Assembly (NCBI RefSeq): GCF_014145395.1
Contig: NZ_JACHTE010000009.1
Span: 5,075 to 29,074, forward strand
Length of the DNA: 24,000 bases
Source: Marilutibacter penaei
GTDB lineage: Bacteria > Pseudomonadota > Gammaproteobacteria > Xanthomonadales > Xanthomonadaceae
Direction: 5' to 3'
Shown here: piece after piece, positions 15,708 through 23,461 of the stretch
How positions within the stretch are numbered: position 1 is the first letter of the stretch
How the letters are laid out: every line of letters starts with the position of its first letter
Translations under genes and position numbers: made by a program
The notes under the pieces: model-generated
Databases searched by the model: none
What the model was told of the DNA's origin: nothing
What the model saw: the letters and a program-made list of their open reading frames with translations, nothing else

Positions 15708-16387
15708 GCACGCCGGAGGGCACCGGGCCGGACGGAGGGGATGCCACCGGCGCCGCACCCAAGCGCAGCCCGCGCAAGAAAGCCGCTGCCACGCCGCGCA
15801 AGTCGCCGCGCAACTCCTCCGCGGCGGCCACCGACACGACCGCCGCGAAGCCGGCCAGAGCACCGCGAAAGCGTGCCGCCGCGCGCGAGGTCGCGCACCG
15901 GGCCGGGGAGAAGGGTGGGTCGCCCGCGACGGTGCCCGACGCGCCTGGCGCCGACACGGCAGCGCTGCCGATGGCAACCCAGCCGCGGCCGATGGTGCTG
16001 CATCGCAGCCCGATGCGGGTGCGCTGGCGCGACCTGGACGCATTCAACCACGTCAACAACGCCACGTACCTGGGCTATCTGGAGGAGGCCCGCCTGGAGT
16101 GGATGGTCGGCCTTCCGGGCATGGGCCTCGACGACGATGTCGCGCCCGTGATCGCAGCGGTCCAGCTCAACTACCGCCGGCCGATCACCTGGCCGGCGAC
16201 GCTGGAGATCGAGTTGCACGTCGAGCGACTGGGCAGCCGCAGCCTCACCATCGGCCACCGGATCCAGTCGGCGGATGACCCGGCCGTGCTGTTCTGCGAC
16301 GGTCATGTCGTGATGGTCTGGATCGATAGGGCCACGGGCGAGGCCACCACCCTTCCGGCCAGCGTGCGCGGGGCCTGCGACGGCTGA
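15704..16387 (+). CDS. YbgC/4HBT-type hotdog acyl-CoA thioesterase with a ~90-aa Lys/Arg/Ala/Pro-rich N-terminal extension
   Basis: The C-terminal ~135 aa ([29 protein letters not shown]...) match the 4HBT/YbgC hotdog pattern (D..G/NHVNN..Y). ATG 15704 overlaps the uvrA stop (ATGA). GC3 in 15704-15970 is very high in this frame, which supports translation of the extension. The alternative short start is ATG 15971. Confidence 0.8.
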
Positions 16388-16468
16388 CGTACCGCACGCG
16401 CGACATCCGCCGCAGACGGGGCACGGGCATCGGCCTATGATACGGACAGGTCGAGAACGGAGTTCGAG

Positions 16469-18031
16469 ATGCATCGCCCCCTGACACTGTTGGCCACGGC
16501 ATGCCTGCTTGCCGCCTGTTCGCAGGACGCCCCCACCGATGCCACCGCGCGCAAGCCGGTGCTCGCCCAGGCGCCGGAGGACACCCCCGCCGCGGCATCC
16601 GGTCCGGACACGGCCAGCGGGACGCTCACCCGGCTCACCGTGTACAGCGGCGGCTACGAGGCCCTGGCGTACTCGGGACCGCCGGAACCCGGGATGGCGG
16701 GTTACGCCCTTGTCGAACGCCCCCTGCACTACCGCCTGAAGGCCGGCGAGAACACCGTCAGGGCGAACAACGTGGCGCCGGCCATGGATGCCGAGGCTGC
16801 CCTGCTGCAGGCGCGCGCACCCGGCATCCGGATCACCTCGCAACGCCACGTCCCGGCACTGGGTGGCACCGGCGACCTGCTCAGCCGCGCGGTCGGCCAG
16901 CGCATCGTGGTCGAGCACACGTCCGGGGGCGCCAAGCAGACCGACAACGGGATCCTGCTGGCCGCCAGCGACGGACTGAGCCTCGCGCTCAACGATGGGC
17001 GGGTCAAGGTGATCCGCGACTACGACAGTTTCAGCATCCTCGAGGCCGCCAACAGCCTGCCCGGGGAAGCCGCGCTGCAGTGGACCGTGCAGGCCGACAA
17101 CGCCGGCGAGGCGGATTTCGTCCTGAGCTACCCCATGGGCGGCATGGCCTGGCGCGCCGAGTACCTCGCCCGGCTCCAGGCGGGTGACGGCTGCACGTTG
17201 TCGCTGGACGGTGCGGCGCAGGTCGCCAACCGGTCCGGCGTCAGCTTTTCCGACGCGCGCCTGACCCTGGTCGCGGGCGAACCCAGTCGGGTCGCACCGT
17301 CGCGCCAGCGCGCGGCGTACGACATGGCCGAAGCGGCGATGGCGCCCTCGCCCGCGCCGCCCGCCCCGACGGAACGCAGTTCCGGCGAATACCACGCGTA
17401 CGACCTGCCGGGGAGCAGCCGGATCGCCAACGGCGCCACCGAACGCCTGGCGTTGTTCCCGGCACGCGACTCGGTCGCCTGCACGCGCGACTACGTCGTC
17501 GACAGCGGCGTGGCCGACTGGATCCCGCAACGCGTGTCGCTCCAGCCCACCAACCGGGGCCTTGCCGGCAGCGTACCGGTGCGCGCCACGGTGGCCTTCG
17601 ACAACACCCCCGACGCCGGCCTGGGCCTGGCCCTGCCCGCGGGTCGCGTCCGGCTGTTCGAAGGCGCGGACTTCCTCGGCGAGGCATCGCTGGGTCACAC
17701 GCCGGCCGGGGAATCGCTCCGGCTCGAGGTCGGCAACGCGTTCGATCTCACGGCGGAGCGGCAGGCCACTGCATTCAACGTCGCAGCCGGGGGGCTGTCG
17801 GCAAGCGAATCGTTCGATATCCGGCTGGCGAATGCGAAGGACGCCGATGTCCAGGTACGCGTCCGCGAACCGATGCCCCGATGGCGTGACTGGGAACTGC
17901 TGGACAGCAGTGTCCCGGCCGACGAGACCGGCGCGCAGCATGCGGAATTCCTGGTCACCGTACCGGCGGGGGGCGAGGCCCACCTGACCTACACCGTCCG
18001 GTACCGTTGGCCACGGAACATGGCGCCATGA
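16469..18031 (+). CDS. DUF4139-like lipoprotein of unknown function
   Basis: 520 aa with a lipoprotein signal (MHRPLTLLATACLLAACS). The body resembles the DUF4139 family pattern (...W.AEY...L.L.G.A.V.N.SG..F.DA.L.LVAGEP... and a C-terminal ...AGRVRLFEG..FLGE..L.H...GE...L..G...D). High GC3. GGAG RBS 8 nt upstream. Family assignment is from memory, not from a search. Confidence 0.75.
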   Translation: MHRPLTLLATACLLAACSQDAPTDATARKPVLAQAPEDTPAAASGPDTASGTLTRLTVYSGGYEALAYSGPPEPGMAGYALVERPLHYRLKAGENTVRANNVAPAMDAEAALLQARAPGIRITSQRHVPALGGTGDLLSRAVGQRIVVEHTSGGAKQTDNGILLAASDGLSLALNDGRVKVIRDYDSFSILEAANSLPGEAALQWTVQADNAGEADFVLSYPMGGMAWRAEYLARLQAGDGCTLSLDGAAQVANRSGVSFSDARLTLVAGEPSRVAPSRQRAAYDMAEAAMAPSPAPPAPTERSSGEYHAYDLPGSSRIANGATERLALFPARDSVACTRDYVVDSGVADWIPQRVSLQPTNRGLAGSVPVRATVAFDNTPDAGLGLALPAGRVRLFEGADFLGEASLGHTPAGESLRLEVGNAFDLTAERQATAFNVAAGGLSASESFDIRLANAKDADVQVRVREPMPRWRDWELLDSSVPADETGAQHAEFLVTVPAGGEAHLTYTVRYRWPRNMAP

Positions 18032-18786
18032 GCTGCGTGGACATCCTCGCCCACGGCGACATCACCGAGCTGCGACTGGCCCGGGCGCCGGTCAATGCAC
18101 TCGACCCGGGGCTGTGCAGGGACCTGGGCAGCGCCATCGACGCCGCGATCGCCAGCGGTGCGCACGGGCTCGTGCTCAGCGGCGGTCCCAAGGTGTTCTC
18201 GGCCGGCCTGGACGTGCCGCACCTGCTGTCGCTGGGCCAGGACCGGTCGGCGGTCAAGGCCGCGTGGGAAGACTTCTTCGGGGCGGCGCGAAGGCTTGCC
18301 GCTTCGCCGGTTCCGGTGGTCGCCGCCATCGGGGGCCATTCGCCGGCGGGCGGCTGCGTGCTCGCCCTCTGCTGCGACTACAGGGTCATGGCCTCGGGGC
18401 CGTTCCGGATCGGCCTCAATGAAACCCGGGTGGGCCTGGTCGTGCCGGAAGGGATCCAGCGGCTGATGCGGCGTGTCGTCGGCCCCTACCGCGCGGAACG
18501 CCTGATGGTGGCCGGCGAAATGGTCGAGTCGGCGCAGGCCCTGGATTTCGGCCTGGTCGACGAGCTCGTCGGCGTCGACGAAGTGTCCCAGCGCGCGCTG
18601 GCCTGGTTGCAGGACCTGCTGGCCCTGCCCCGCACGCCGATGCTGCAGACGCGCCGGATCGCCCGCGCCGACGTGCTCGATGCGATGGAACCCGGACTGA
18701 TCGGGCTGGACCGTTTCCTGGATGGGTGGTTCGAGGACGACACCCAGCGCGCACTGCACGCGCTGGTGGCGAGCCTGAAGAAGTAA
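18028..18786 (+). CDS. Crotonase-superfamily protein, delta3-delta2-enoyl-CoA isomerase-like
   Basis: MSCVDILAHGDITELRLARAPVNALDPGLCRDL...LSGGPKVFSAGLDVPHLL...GGHSPAGGCVLALCCDYRVM resembles ECI-type crotonase folds (PVNSL...FSAGLD). ATG 18028 overlaps the DUF4139 stop (ATGA). The track start at 18007 is a TTG further upstream. Confidence 0.85.
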   Translation: MSCVDILAHGDITELRLARAPVNALDPGLCRDLGSAIDAAIASGAHGLVLSGGPKVFSAGLDVPHLLSLGQDRSAVKAAWEDFFGAARRLAASPVPVVAAIGGHSPAGGCVLALCCDYRVMASGPFRIGLNETRVGLVVPEGIQRLMRRVVGPYRAERLMVAGEMVESAQALDFGLVDELVGVDEVSQRALAWLQDLLALPRTPMLQTRRIARADVLDAMEPGLIGLDRFLDGWFEDDTQRALHALVASLKK

Positions 18787-18799
18787 CCCCGGAACAGGC

Positions 18800-19669
18800 T
18801 CAGGCCGCGGGTCCGCGTGCGATCGGCCGGGTCGGATCCTCGATCCATCCACTCCATGAGCCTGCGTAGAGCCGCGCAAGCGGCAGTCCGGCGTGCGCCA
18901 TCGCGAGCAGGTGATGGCAGGCCGTGACGCCCGAGCCGCACATCACCACCATGTCCGCGGGGGCGTGGCCATCCGCAAGCGATTCGAATGCCTCCCGCAG
19001 GACGCGGGCCGGACGGGCTCGCCCGTGCTCGAGGTTCGCGGCGAACGGGCGGTTGCGCGCTCCGGGTACGTGCCCGCCCACGGGGTCGATCGGCTCCACG
19101 TCACCGCGATAACGCTCGGGCGCCCGTGCGTCCACCAGCACACCGCCGCCGGCCAGGTGGCGGCCCACGGCGTCGGCATCCAGCAGGCGACCCTCCGCGA
19201 ACCGGCCCGGGTACGCTTCGCCCGCTGCCGGTCGCGGTCGCGGGGCCGGCCCGGTGTCCACCGGGCCTCCCGCCGCCTGCCAGGCCTTCCAGCCCCCGTC
19301 GAGGACCGCTACCGGCCCGTGGCCCAACAGGCGCAGCAGGTACCAGGCGCGGGCCGCCGCCAGGGCGCCGTCCGCATCGTCGTAAAGGACCACGGGGGTG
19401 GCCGGCGTGATGCCCCAGGCGGCCACCTGTCGCCGGAAATCGTCCTCCGTGGGCCACGGATGCCGCCCGGCATCCGGCCGGTGCGGACCGGAGAGGTCCC
19501 GCTCGAGGTGTGCGTGGAACGCGCCGGGGATGCGGGCCGCGCGCCACGCGCGTTCGCCTGCAGCAGGCTCTGCCAGGGAGAAACGCACATCCAGCACCAC
19601 CGGGCGGACAGGCCCGTCAAGCGCATGGGCCAGGGCCTCGGGCGGAATCCAGGCCTCGAACTCAGTCAT
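18800..19669 (-). CDS. sseA: Tandem-rhodanese sulfurtransferase (3-mercaptopyruvate/thiosulfate sulfurtransferase type)
   Basis: 289 aa with two rhodanese domains. Active-site loop CGSGVTACH and C-terminal YAGSWSGW are typical of SseA/MST enzymes. The ATG overlaps the upstream Nudix stop by 8 nt. Confidence 0.88.
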   Translation of the reverse strand: MTEFEAWIPPEALAHALDGPVRPVVLDVRFSLAEPAAGERAWRAARIPGAFHAHLERDLSGPHRPDAGRHPWPTEDDFRRQVAAWGITPATPVVLYDDADGALAAARAWYLLRLLGHGPVAVLDGGWKAWQAAGGPVDTGPAPRPRPAAGEAYPGRFAEGRLLDADAVGRHLAGGGVLVDARAPERYRGDVEPIDPVGGHVPGARNRPFAANLEHGRARPARVLREAFESLADGHAPADMVVMCGSGVTACHHLLAMAHAGLPLARLYAGSWSGWIEDPTRPIARGPAA

Positions 19670-20321
19670 CCTTCGCCTGCCGTACGGCGTCTTCCACGCG
19701 CTGCAGGCGCTCGCGCAGGTTCAGCAGCATCGAGGCGGTCGCCCCCCAGATCCGCTGCCCGGGATACTTGTATTCCAGCACCTCGCGCCGTCGGCCCCGG
19801 TACTCCAGGGCCTGATGGCCCAGGTTCGACGGCGTCATCAGGAACGCGAGGGGGACTTCGAACACCGCGTCCACTTCCCCGGGCTCGGGTCTGGCGACGA
19901 AGTCCGAGGGAATACGCGCCACCAGCGGCAGTACGCGGTAGCCGGTGATCGTCGCCAAGGGATCGAGGTAGCCGAGCGGACGGACCGTGCCGGGCACCAG
20001 GCCCACCTCTTCGTGGGCCTCGCGCAAGGCCGCGGCGCGGGCGTCGGCGTCGCCCGGATCGATGCGGCCACCGGGCAGGCTGACCTGGCCCCCATGCTGG
20101 CGCAAGCCGCGGTGCCGCCGGGTGAAAAGCACCGCCGTCCCCTGTTCGGTGGACCGCAGCGCCAGCAACACCGCCGCTTCCACAGGCGGCCCGGGCGGCA
20201 GCAGGTCGCGCACGTCGTCCAGGTTCCAGCCGGCACCGCGCGGGGGGGCGTCCAGTGGGTGCAGCGCCTCCCGCAATCGCGGGAAGTCGTCCAGCGCACC
20301 CCCGGGACCCGATGCCGTCAT
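19662..20321 (-). CDS. Nudix hydrolase, CoA pyrophosphatase (NudL/YeaB-like)
   Basis: Nudix box GGRIDPGDADARAAALREAHEEVGL preceded by the CoA-type upstream motif VLFTRRHRGLRQHGGQVSLPGG (LLTxR..x.R.H.GQ..FPGG pattern). The ATG overlaps the DUF1289 stop (ATGA). Confidence 0.85.
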   Translation of the reverse strand: MTASGPGGALDDFPRLREALHPLDAPPRGAGWNLDDVRDLLPPGPPVEAAVLLALRSTEQGTAVLFTRRHRGLRQHGGQVSLPGGRIDPGDADARAAALREAHEEVGLVPGTVRPLGYLDPLATITGYRVLPLVARIPSDFVARPEPGEVDAVFEVPLAFLMTPSNLGHQALEYRGRRREVLEYKYPGQRIWGATASMLLNLRERLQRVEDAVRQAKDD

Positions 20322-20524
20322 CCCCGCGCCGCCTCGCGACCGGGCAATACCGCCTCCATCAGGTGCAGGCGCTCGTCGTCATCCATCTGCGACCAGCGGG
20401 CGATTTCAGCGGACGTGCGAAGGCAGCCTTCGCACAGACCCTGTTCGTCCAGGGCGCAAACGCCGATGCATGGGCTGAGCACTGCGCGGAAAGTGGTGGT
20501 CATGCAGAGTTTCATCAGGGCCAT
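20318..20524 (-). CDS. DUF1289 (YdhL-like) small Cys-rich protein
   Basis: SPCIGVCALDEQGLCEGCLRTSAEIARW is the DUF1289 signature. The track ORF reaches 20644 but would run through the FKBP terminator at 20568-20599. The real start is therefore one of ATG 20524, 20515 or 20503, none with a strong SD. Confidence 0.7.
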   Translation of the reverse strand: MALMKLCMTTTFRAVLSPCIGVCALDEQGLCEGCLRTSAEIARWSQMDDDERLHLMEAVLPGREAARG

Positions 20525-20567
20525 CGGTCCGCGATATCGCTGGACCTTGTTACAGGAATCGGCCGGG

Positions 20568-20599
20568 AAAAGAAAAGCGCGCCGGCAGGACCGGCGCGC
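20568..20599 (-). terminator. Rho-independent terminator after the FKBP gene
   Basis: Minus strand reads GCGCGCCGG TCCTG CCGGCGCGC followed by TTTTCTTTTCCC, 52 nt after the FKBP stop. Confidence 0.8.
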
Positions 20600-20651
20600 C
20601 CGTGGATCGTCTTCCCTGGCAGCGGCGGCGCGCAAGGGCGCCACCGGACGT

Positions 20652-21341
20652 TTACTTCACCGAGAGCAGCTTGATCTCGAACTGCACGGCCATGTTCGGC
20701 GGAATCCCCATCTGCGGGTTGCCCTGGCCGTAGGCGTTCTCCGGCGGCAGGGTGACTTCCCACTTCGCACCGGCCTGCATCTGCTGCAGCGCCTCGCGCA
20801 TCGCGGGCATCTCGATCTCGCTGAGCTTCATTTCGGGGGTGGTCTGGGCGGGGCGCGGCGGGTTCGGGCGCTCGCCCCAAGCGTACGGGCCGGAGATCTG
20901 CAGCGTGACGGTGCTGGCCTGCGTGGGCTTGGCGCCGTTGCCGGACTCGATCACCCGGTACTGGACCCCGCTCGGCAGGCTCTGCACGCCGGACTTCGCC
21001 TTGTTCTGGGCGATGAAGCTGTCACTGCGGGTCTTGTTCTGCGCGGCCAGCGCTTCCCACTCGCTCTTCGCCTTGGCCTGCTGGCGCTGCTGCATGTTCT
21101 CGACGGCACTGCGAAGTTCGGCGACGGGCACGGCCGGCTGCTGCTTCGCATAGCCGTCCTGCAGGCCCTTGATGATGGTGGCGACGTCCACGGCTTCGCC
21201 GCTTTCGATCACATTGCGTCCGAGGTCGTAACCCAGCGCGTAGCTCAGCTTGCCCTTCTCGGACGACGTGTCCTGCGCGATGGCAGTGCCGGCACCCAGC
21301 ACGAGCGCGGTCACGGCGACCGCGAGATAACGCAACTTCAT
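20652..21341 (-). CDS. Periplasmic FkpA/Mip-like protein (FKBP_N dimerisation helix plus divergent FKBP domain)
   Basis: Signal peptide MKLRYLAVAVTALVLGAGTAIAQD. N-terminal KLSYALGYDLG...IKGLQD block and long helix as in Mip/FkpA. The C-terminus (...WEVTLPPENAYGQGNPQMGIPPNMAVQFEIKLLSVK) aligns to the FKBP fold. GGAGG RBS 9 nt upstream. Confidence 0.85.
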   Translation of the reverse strand: MKLRYLAVAVTALVLGAGTAIAQDTSSEKGKLSYALGYDLGRNVIESGEAVDVATIIKGLQDGYAKQQPAVPVAELRSAVENMQQRQQAKAKSEWEALAAQNKTRSDSFIAQNKAKSGVQSLPSGVQYRVIESGNGAKPTQASTVTLQISGPYAWGERPNPPRPAQTTPEMKLSEIEMPAMREALQQMQAGAKWEVTLPPENAYGQGNPQMGIPPNMAVQFEIKLLSVK

Positions 21342-21582
21342 TCGGTAAAACCTCCGGTTTGTGGCACGGAACCCGGGCCTGTCACGGGCGCTCGGGACTG
21401 ACGCGGGAAGCGCACACTTCAGATTCCGCCAGTCGTGCAGGCCTGATCGGACGCGCTAGGATAACGGCGCACCGGCTTAACTGCCACTGACGCCAACCCC
21501 TCCGACCGCCGCTGGCCGCGAAGGTTCCCTGCCGCCCCGCGGCCCGCCGCTGGCGGCCCTCCCCTGTCCCGAGCCCGTTCAT

Positions 21583-22365
21583 ATGCCTGAATCCCCCCTG
21601 CTCATCACCCGCGAAGCCGCCGTCCTCGTCCTCACCATCAATCGCCCCGACAAACTGAATGCGCTGGACGCGGCGACGCTTGACGCACTGGACAGCGCCT
21701 TCGCTGACGCATCCGCCGACGACACGGTGCGGGCCATCGTGCTGACCGGGGCGGGGCCGAAGGCATTCGTGGCGGGCGCCGACATCGCGCAGATGAATGG
21801 CCTGACGCCGGTACAGGGCCGGGACTTCTCCCTTCGCGGTCAGCGGATGATGCGTCGCGTGGAGCAGATGCCGAAGCCTGTGATCGCGATGGTGAACGGT
21901 TTCGCGCTCGGCGGCGGGCTCGAGCTGGCGATGTGCTGCCACCTGCGCATCGCGGCCGACAGCGCGAAACTGGGGCAACCGGAGGTCAACCTCGGCCTTA
22001 TACCGGGTTTCGCGGGAACGCAGCGCCTGTTGCGCCTGGCAGGTCGCGCCGCCGCGATGGAACTGTGCCTGCTGGGGACCCCGATCGACGCGAACCGCGC
22101 GCAGTCCCTCGGGATCGTCAACCGCGTGGTACCGGCCGAACACCTGCTCGCCGAAACCATGAAGCTCGCGAACCAGCTCGCCGACGCCGCGCCGCTGGCC
22201 CTGCGCGGCATCATCGATTGCCTCAATGTGGGCGGCGAGTGCGGGATCGAGGAAGGCATGGCGTACGAGACCGCGCAGTTCGGCCTGATGTTCGCGACCG
22301 ATGACATGCGCGAGGGGACGTCCGCCTTCCTCGAGCGACGCAAGCCGGTGTTCCGCGGCACGTGA
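21583..22365 (+). CDS. Short-chain enoyl-CoA hydratase (crotonase)
   Basis: 260 aa. LTINRPDKLNALD, VLTGAGPKAFVAGADI, NGFALGGGLELAMCCHLRIA and GQPEVNLGLIPGFAGTQRL carry the classic crotonase oxyanion hole and catalytic Glu blocks. Confidence 0.92.
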   Translation: MPESPLLITREAAVLVLTINRPDKLNALDAATLDALDSAFADASADDTVRAIVLTGAGPKAFVAGADIAQMNGLTPVQGRDFSLRGQRMMRRVEQMPKPVIAMVNGFALGGGLELAMCCHLRIAADSAKLGQPEVNLGLIPGFAGTQRLLRLAGRAAAMELCLLGTPIDANRAQSLGIVNRVVPAEHLLAETMKLANQLADAAPLALRGIIDCLNVGGECGIEEGMAYETAQFGLMFATDDMREGTSAFLERRKPVFRGT

Positions 22366-22748
22366 CCCGCGCGGGCTGCCCGGTCTGCGCCTGCACCTGG
22401 CCCGGTGCGACGCGCACGCACGCGATCGCCGCGGCCCTGCGCGACGACGACCTCGACCGTGCGCTGTCCCTCGGCCTGATGGACGCGGATACCTGCACCG
22501 GCTGCAGCACTGACTGCCGCGAAAGCCTGGCGGCGGCGCGGGATGCGCGAACCCGGGCCTTCGAAGCCCGCGAACGCTACCGCCAACGCGAGATGCGGCT
22601 GCGCCGGCTGGATGCCGAGCGGGACGCTGGACGCGCCCTGCCATCATCCCGGGCCGCCACGTCCGCCGCCGCGACCGCGCTGCCGGATGCCGCCGCTGCT
22701 GCCCTCGCCCGGGCCAAGGCGCGTGCGGCGCAACGCAAGCCACGCTGA
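22362..22748 (+). CDS. Hypothetical small Cys-rich protein (six Cys, Arg-rich helical C-terminal half)
   Basis: 128 aa. The GTG start overlaps the crotonase stop (GTGA) and its own stop overlaps the nth ATG (TGATG). GC3 is very high from the first codon (about 38 of the first 40 codons end in G/C). Cys pattern is CPVCAC...CTGCSTDC. I recognise no family. Confidence 0.55.
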   Translation: MTRAGCPVCACTWPGATRTHAIAAALRDDDLDRALSLGLMDADTCTGCSTDCRESLAAARDARTRAFEARERYRQREMRLRRLDAERDAGRALPSSRAATSAAATALPDAAAAALARAKARAAQRKPR

Positions 22749-23449
22749 TGCCGGCGGCCCGCGACACCCACCGGAGGAGCGCGGCACGGCAGGGCCGTCG
22801 CCTGAAGCCCGCCCAGGTGGAAGAGCTCTTCCGCCGGCTGAAATGGCTCAATCCCAAACCCACCACCGAGCTTGAATTCGCCTCGCCCTACGAACTGCTG
22901 GTCGCCGTCACGCTGTCCGCGCAGGCCACCGACGTCGGCGTGAACAAGGCGACGCGCAAGCTCTTCCCGGTGGCCAATACGCCCGAGGCGATCGCCGCGC
23001 TCGGCATCGAGGGGCTGAAGCCGTACATCTCCACGATCGGCCTCTACAACACCAAGGCGGCCAATGTCGTCGCGATGGCCCACCAGCTGATCGAACGGCA
23101 CGATGGCGACGTCCCCCGCGACCGCGCGTCGCTCGAGGCCCTGCCGGGGGTGGGTCGCAAGACGGCCAACGTGGTGCTGAACACCGCGTTCGGCGAACCC
23201 ACGATGGCCGTGGACACGCATATTTTCCGCGTATCCAATCGCACGGGACTCGCGCCGGGCAAGACGGTACGGGCCGTGGAGGATGGCCTGCTCGCCGCCG
23301 TCCCGGCCGAGTACCTGCACGATGCCCATCACTGGCTGATCCTGCATGGCCGCTATGTGTGCCGGGCGCGCAAGCCCGACTGCCCGCACTGCGCCATCCG
23401 CGACCTTTGCCTGTTCAAGGACAAGACCCCCGGCGAACCGGCCGACTGA
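22748..23449 (+). CDS. nth: Endonuclease III (DNA glycosylase/AP lyase)
   Basis: NPKPTTELEFASPYELLVAVTLSAQATDVGVNKAT, HhH-GPD block LPGVGRKTANVVLN...VDTHIFRV, and Fe-S cluster loop CRARKPDCPHCAIRDLC (C-X6-C-X2-C-X5-C). Confidence 0.95.
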   Translation: MPAARDTHRRSAARQGRRLKPAQVEELFRRLKWLNPKPTTELEFASPYELLVAVTLSAQATDVGVNKATRKLFPVANTPEAIAALGIEGLKPYISTIGLYNTKAANVVAMAHQLIERHDGDVPRDRASLEALPGVGRKTANVVLNTAFGEPTMAVDTHIFRVSNRTGLAPGKTVRAVEDGLLAAVPAEYLHDAHHWLILHGRYVCRARKPDCPHCAIRDLCLFKDKTPGEPAD

Positions 23450-23461
23450 TACGCGCTCCGC

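Noticed and set aside
20525-20644. Longer 108-aa form of the DUF1289 ORF.
   Set aside because: The extension would be translated through the strong FKBP rho-independent terminator (20568-20599). It adds an Arg/Ala-rich head unrelated to the DUF1289 core.
21362-21378. TGGCAC hexamer suggestive of a sigma54 -24 element in the FKBP/crotonase spacer.
   Set aside because: The required TTGC -12 element is absent at the correct spacing; the sequence is TGGCACGGAACCCGG.
21405-21489. GGGAAG ... GATTCC ... GCCACTG fragments reminiscent of cobalamin-riboswitch core and B12-box elements upstream of the crotonase gene.
   Set aside because: Spacing is wrong: about 55 nt lies between the ATTCC and GCCACTG elements, against roughly 10-15 in the consensus. 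The GGTG element is missing and the downstream gene has no B12 connection. This is most likely chance in GC-rich DNA; cmscan would settle it.
21506-21554. 11-bp direct repeat CCGCCGCTGGC at 21506-21516 and 21544-21554, upstream of the crotonase gene.
   Set aside because: It is short, made of very common GC-rich words for this genome, and has no dyad symmetry or phasing evidence. It cannot be distinguished from chance without comparative data.
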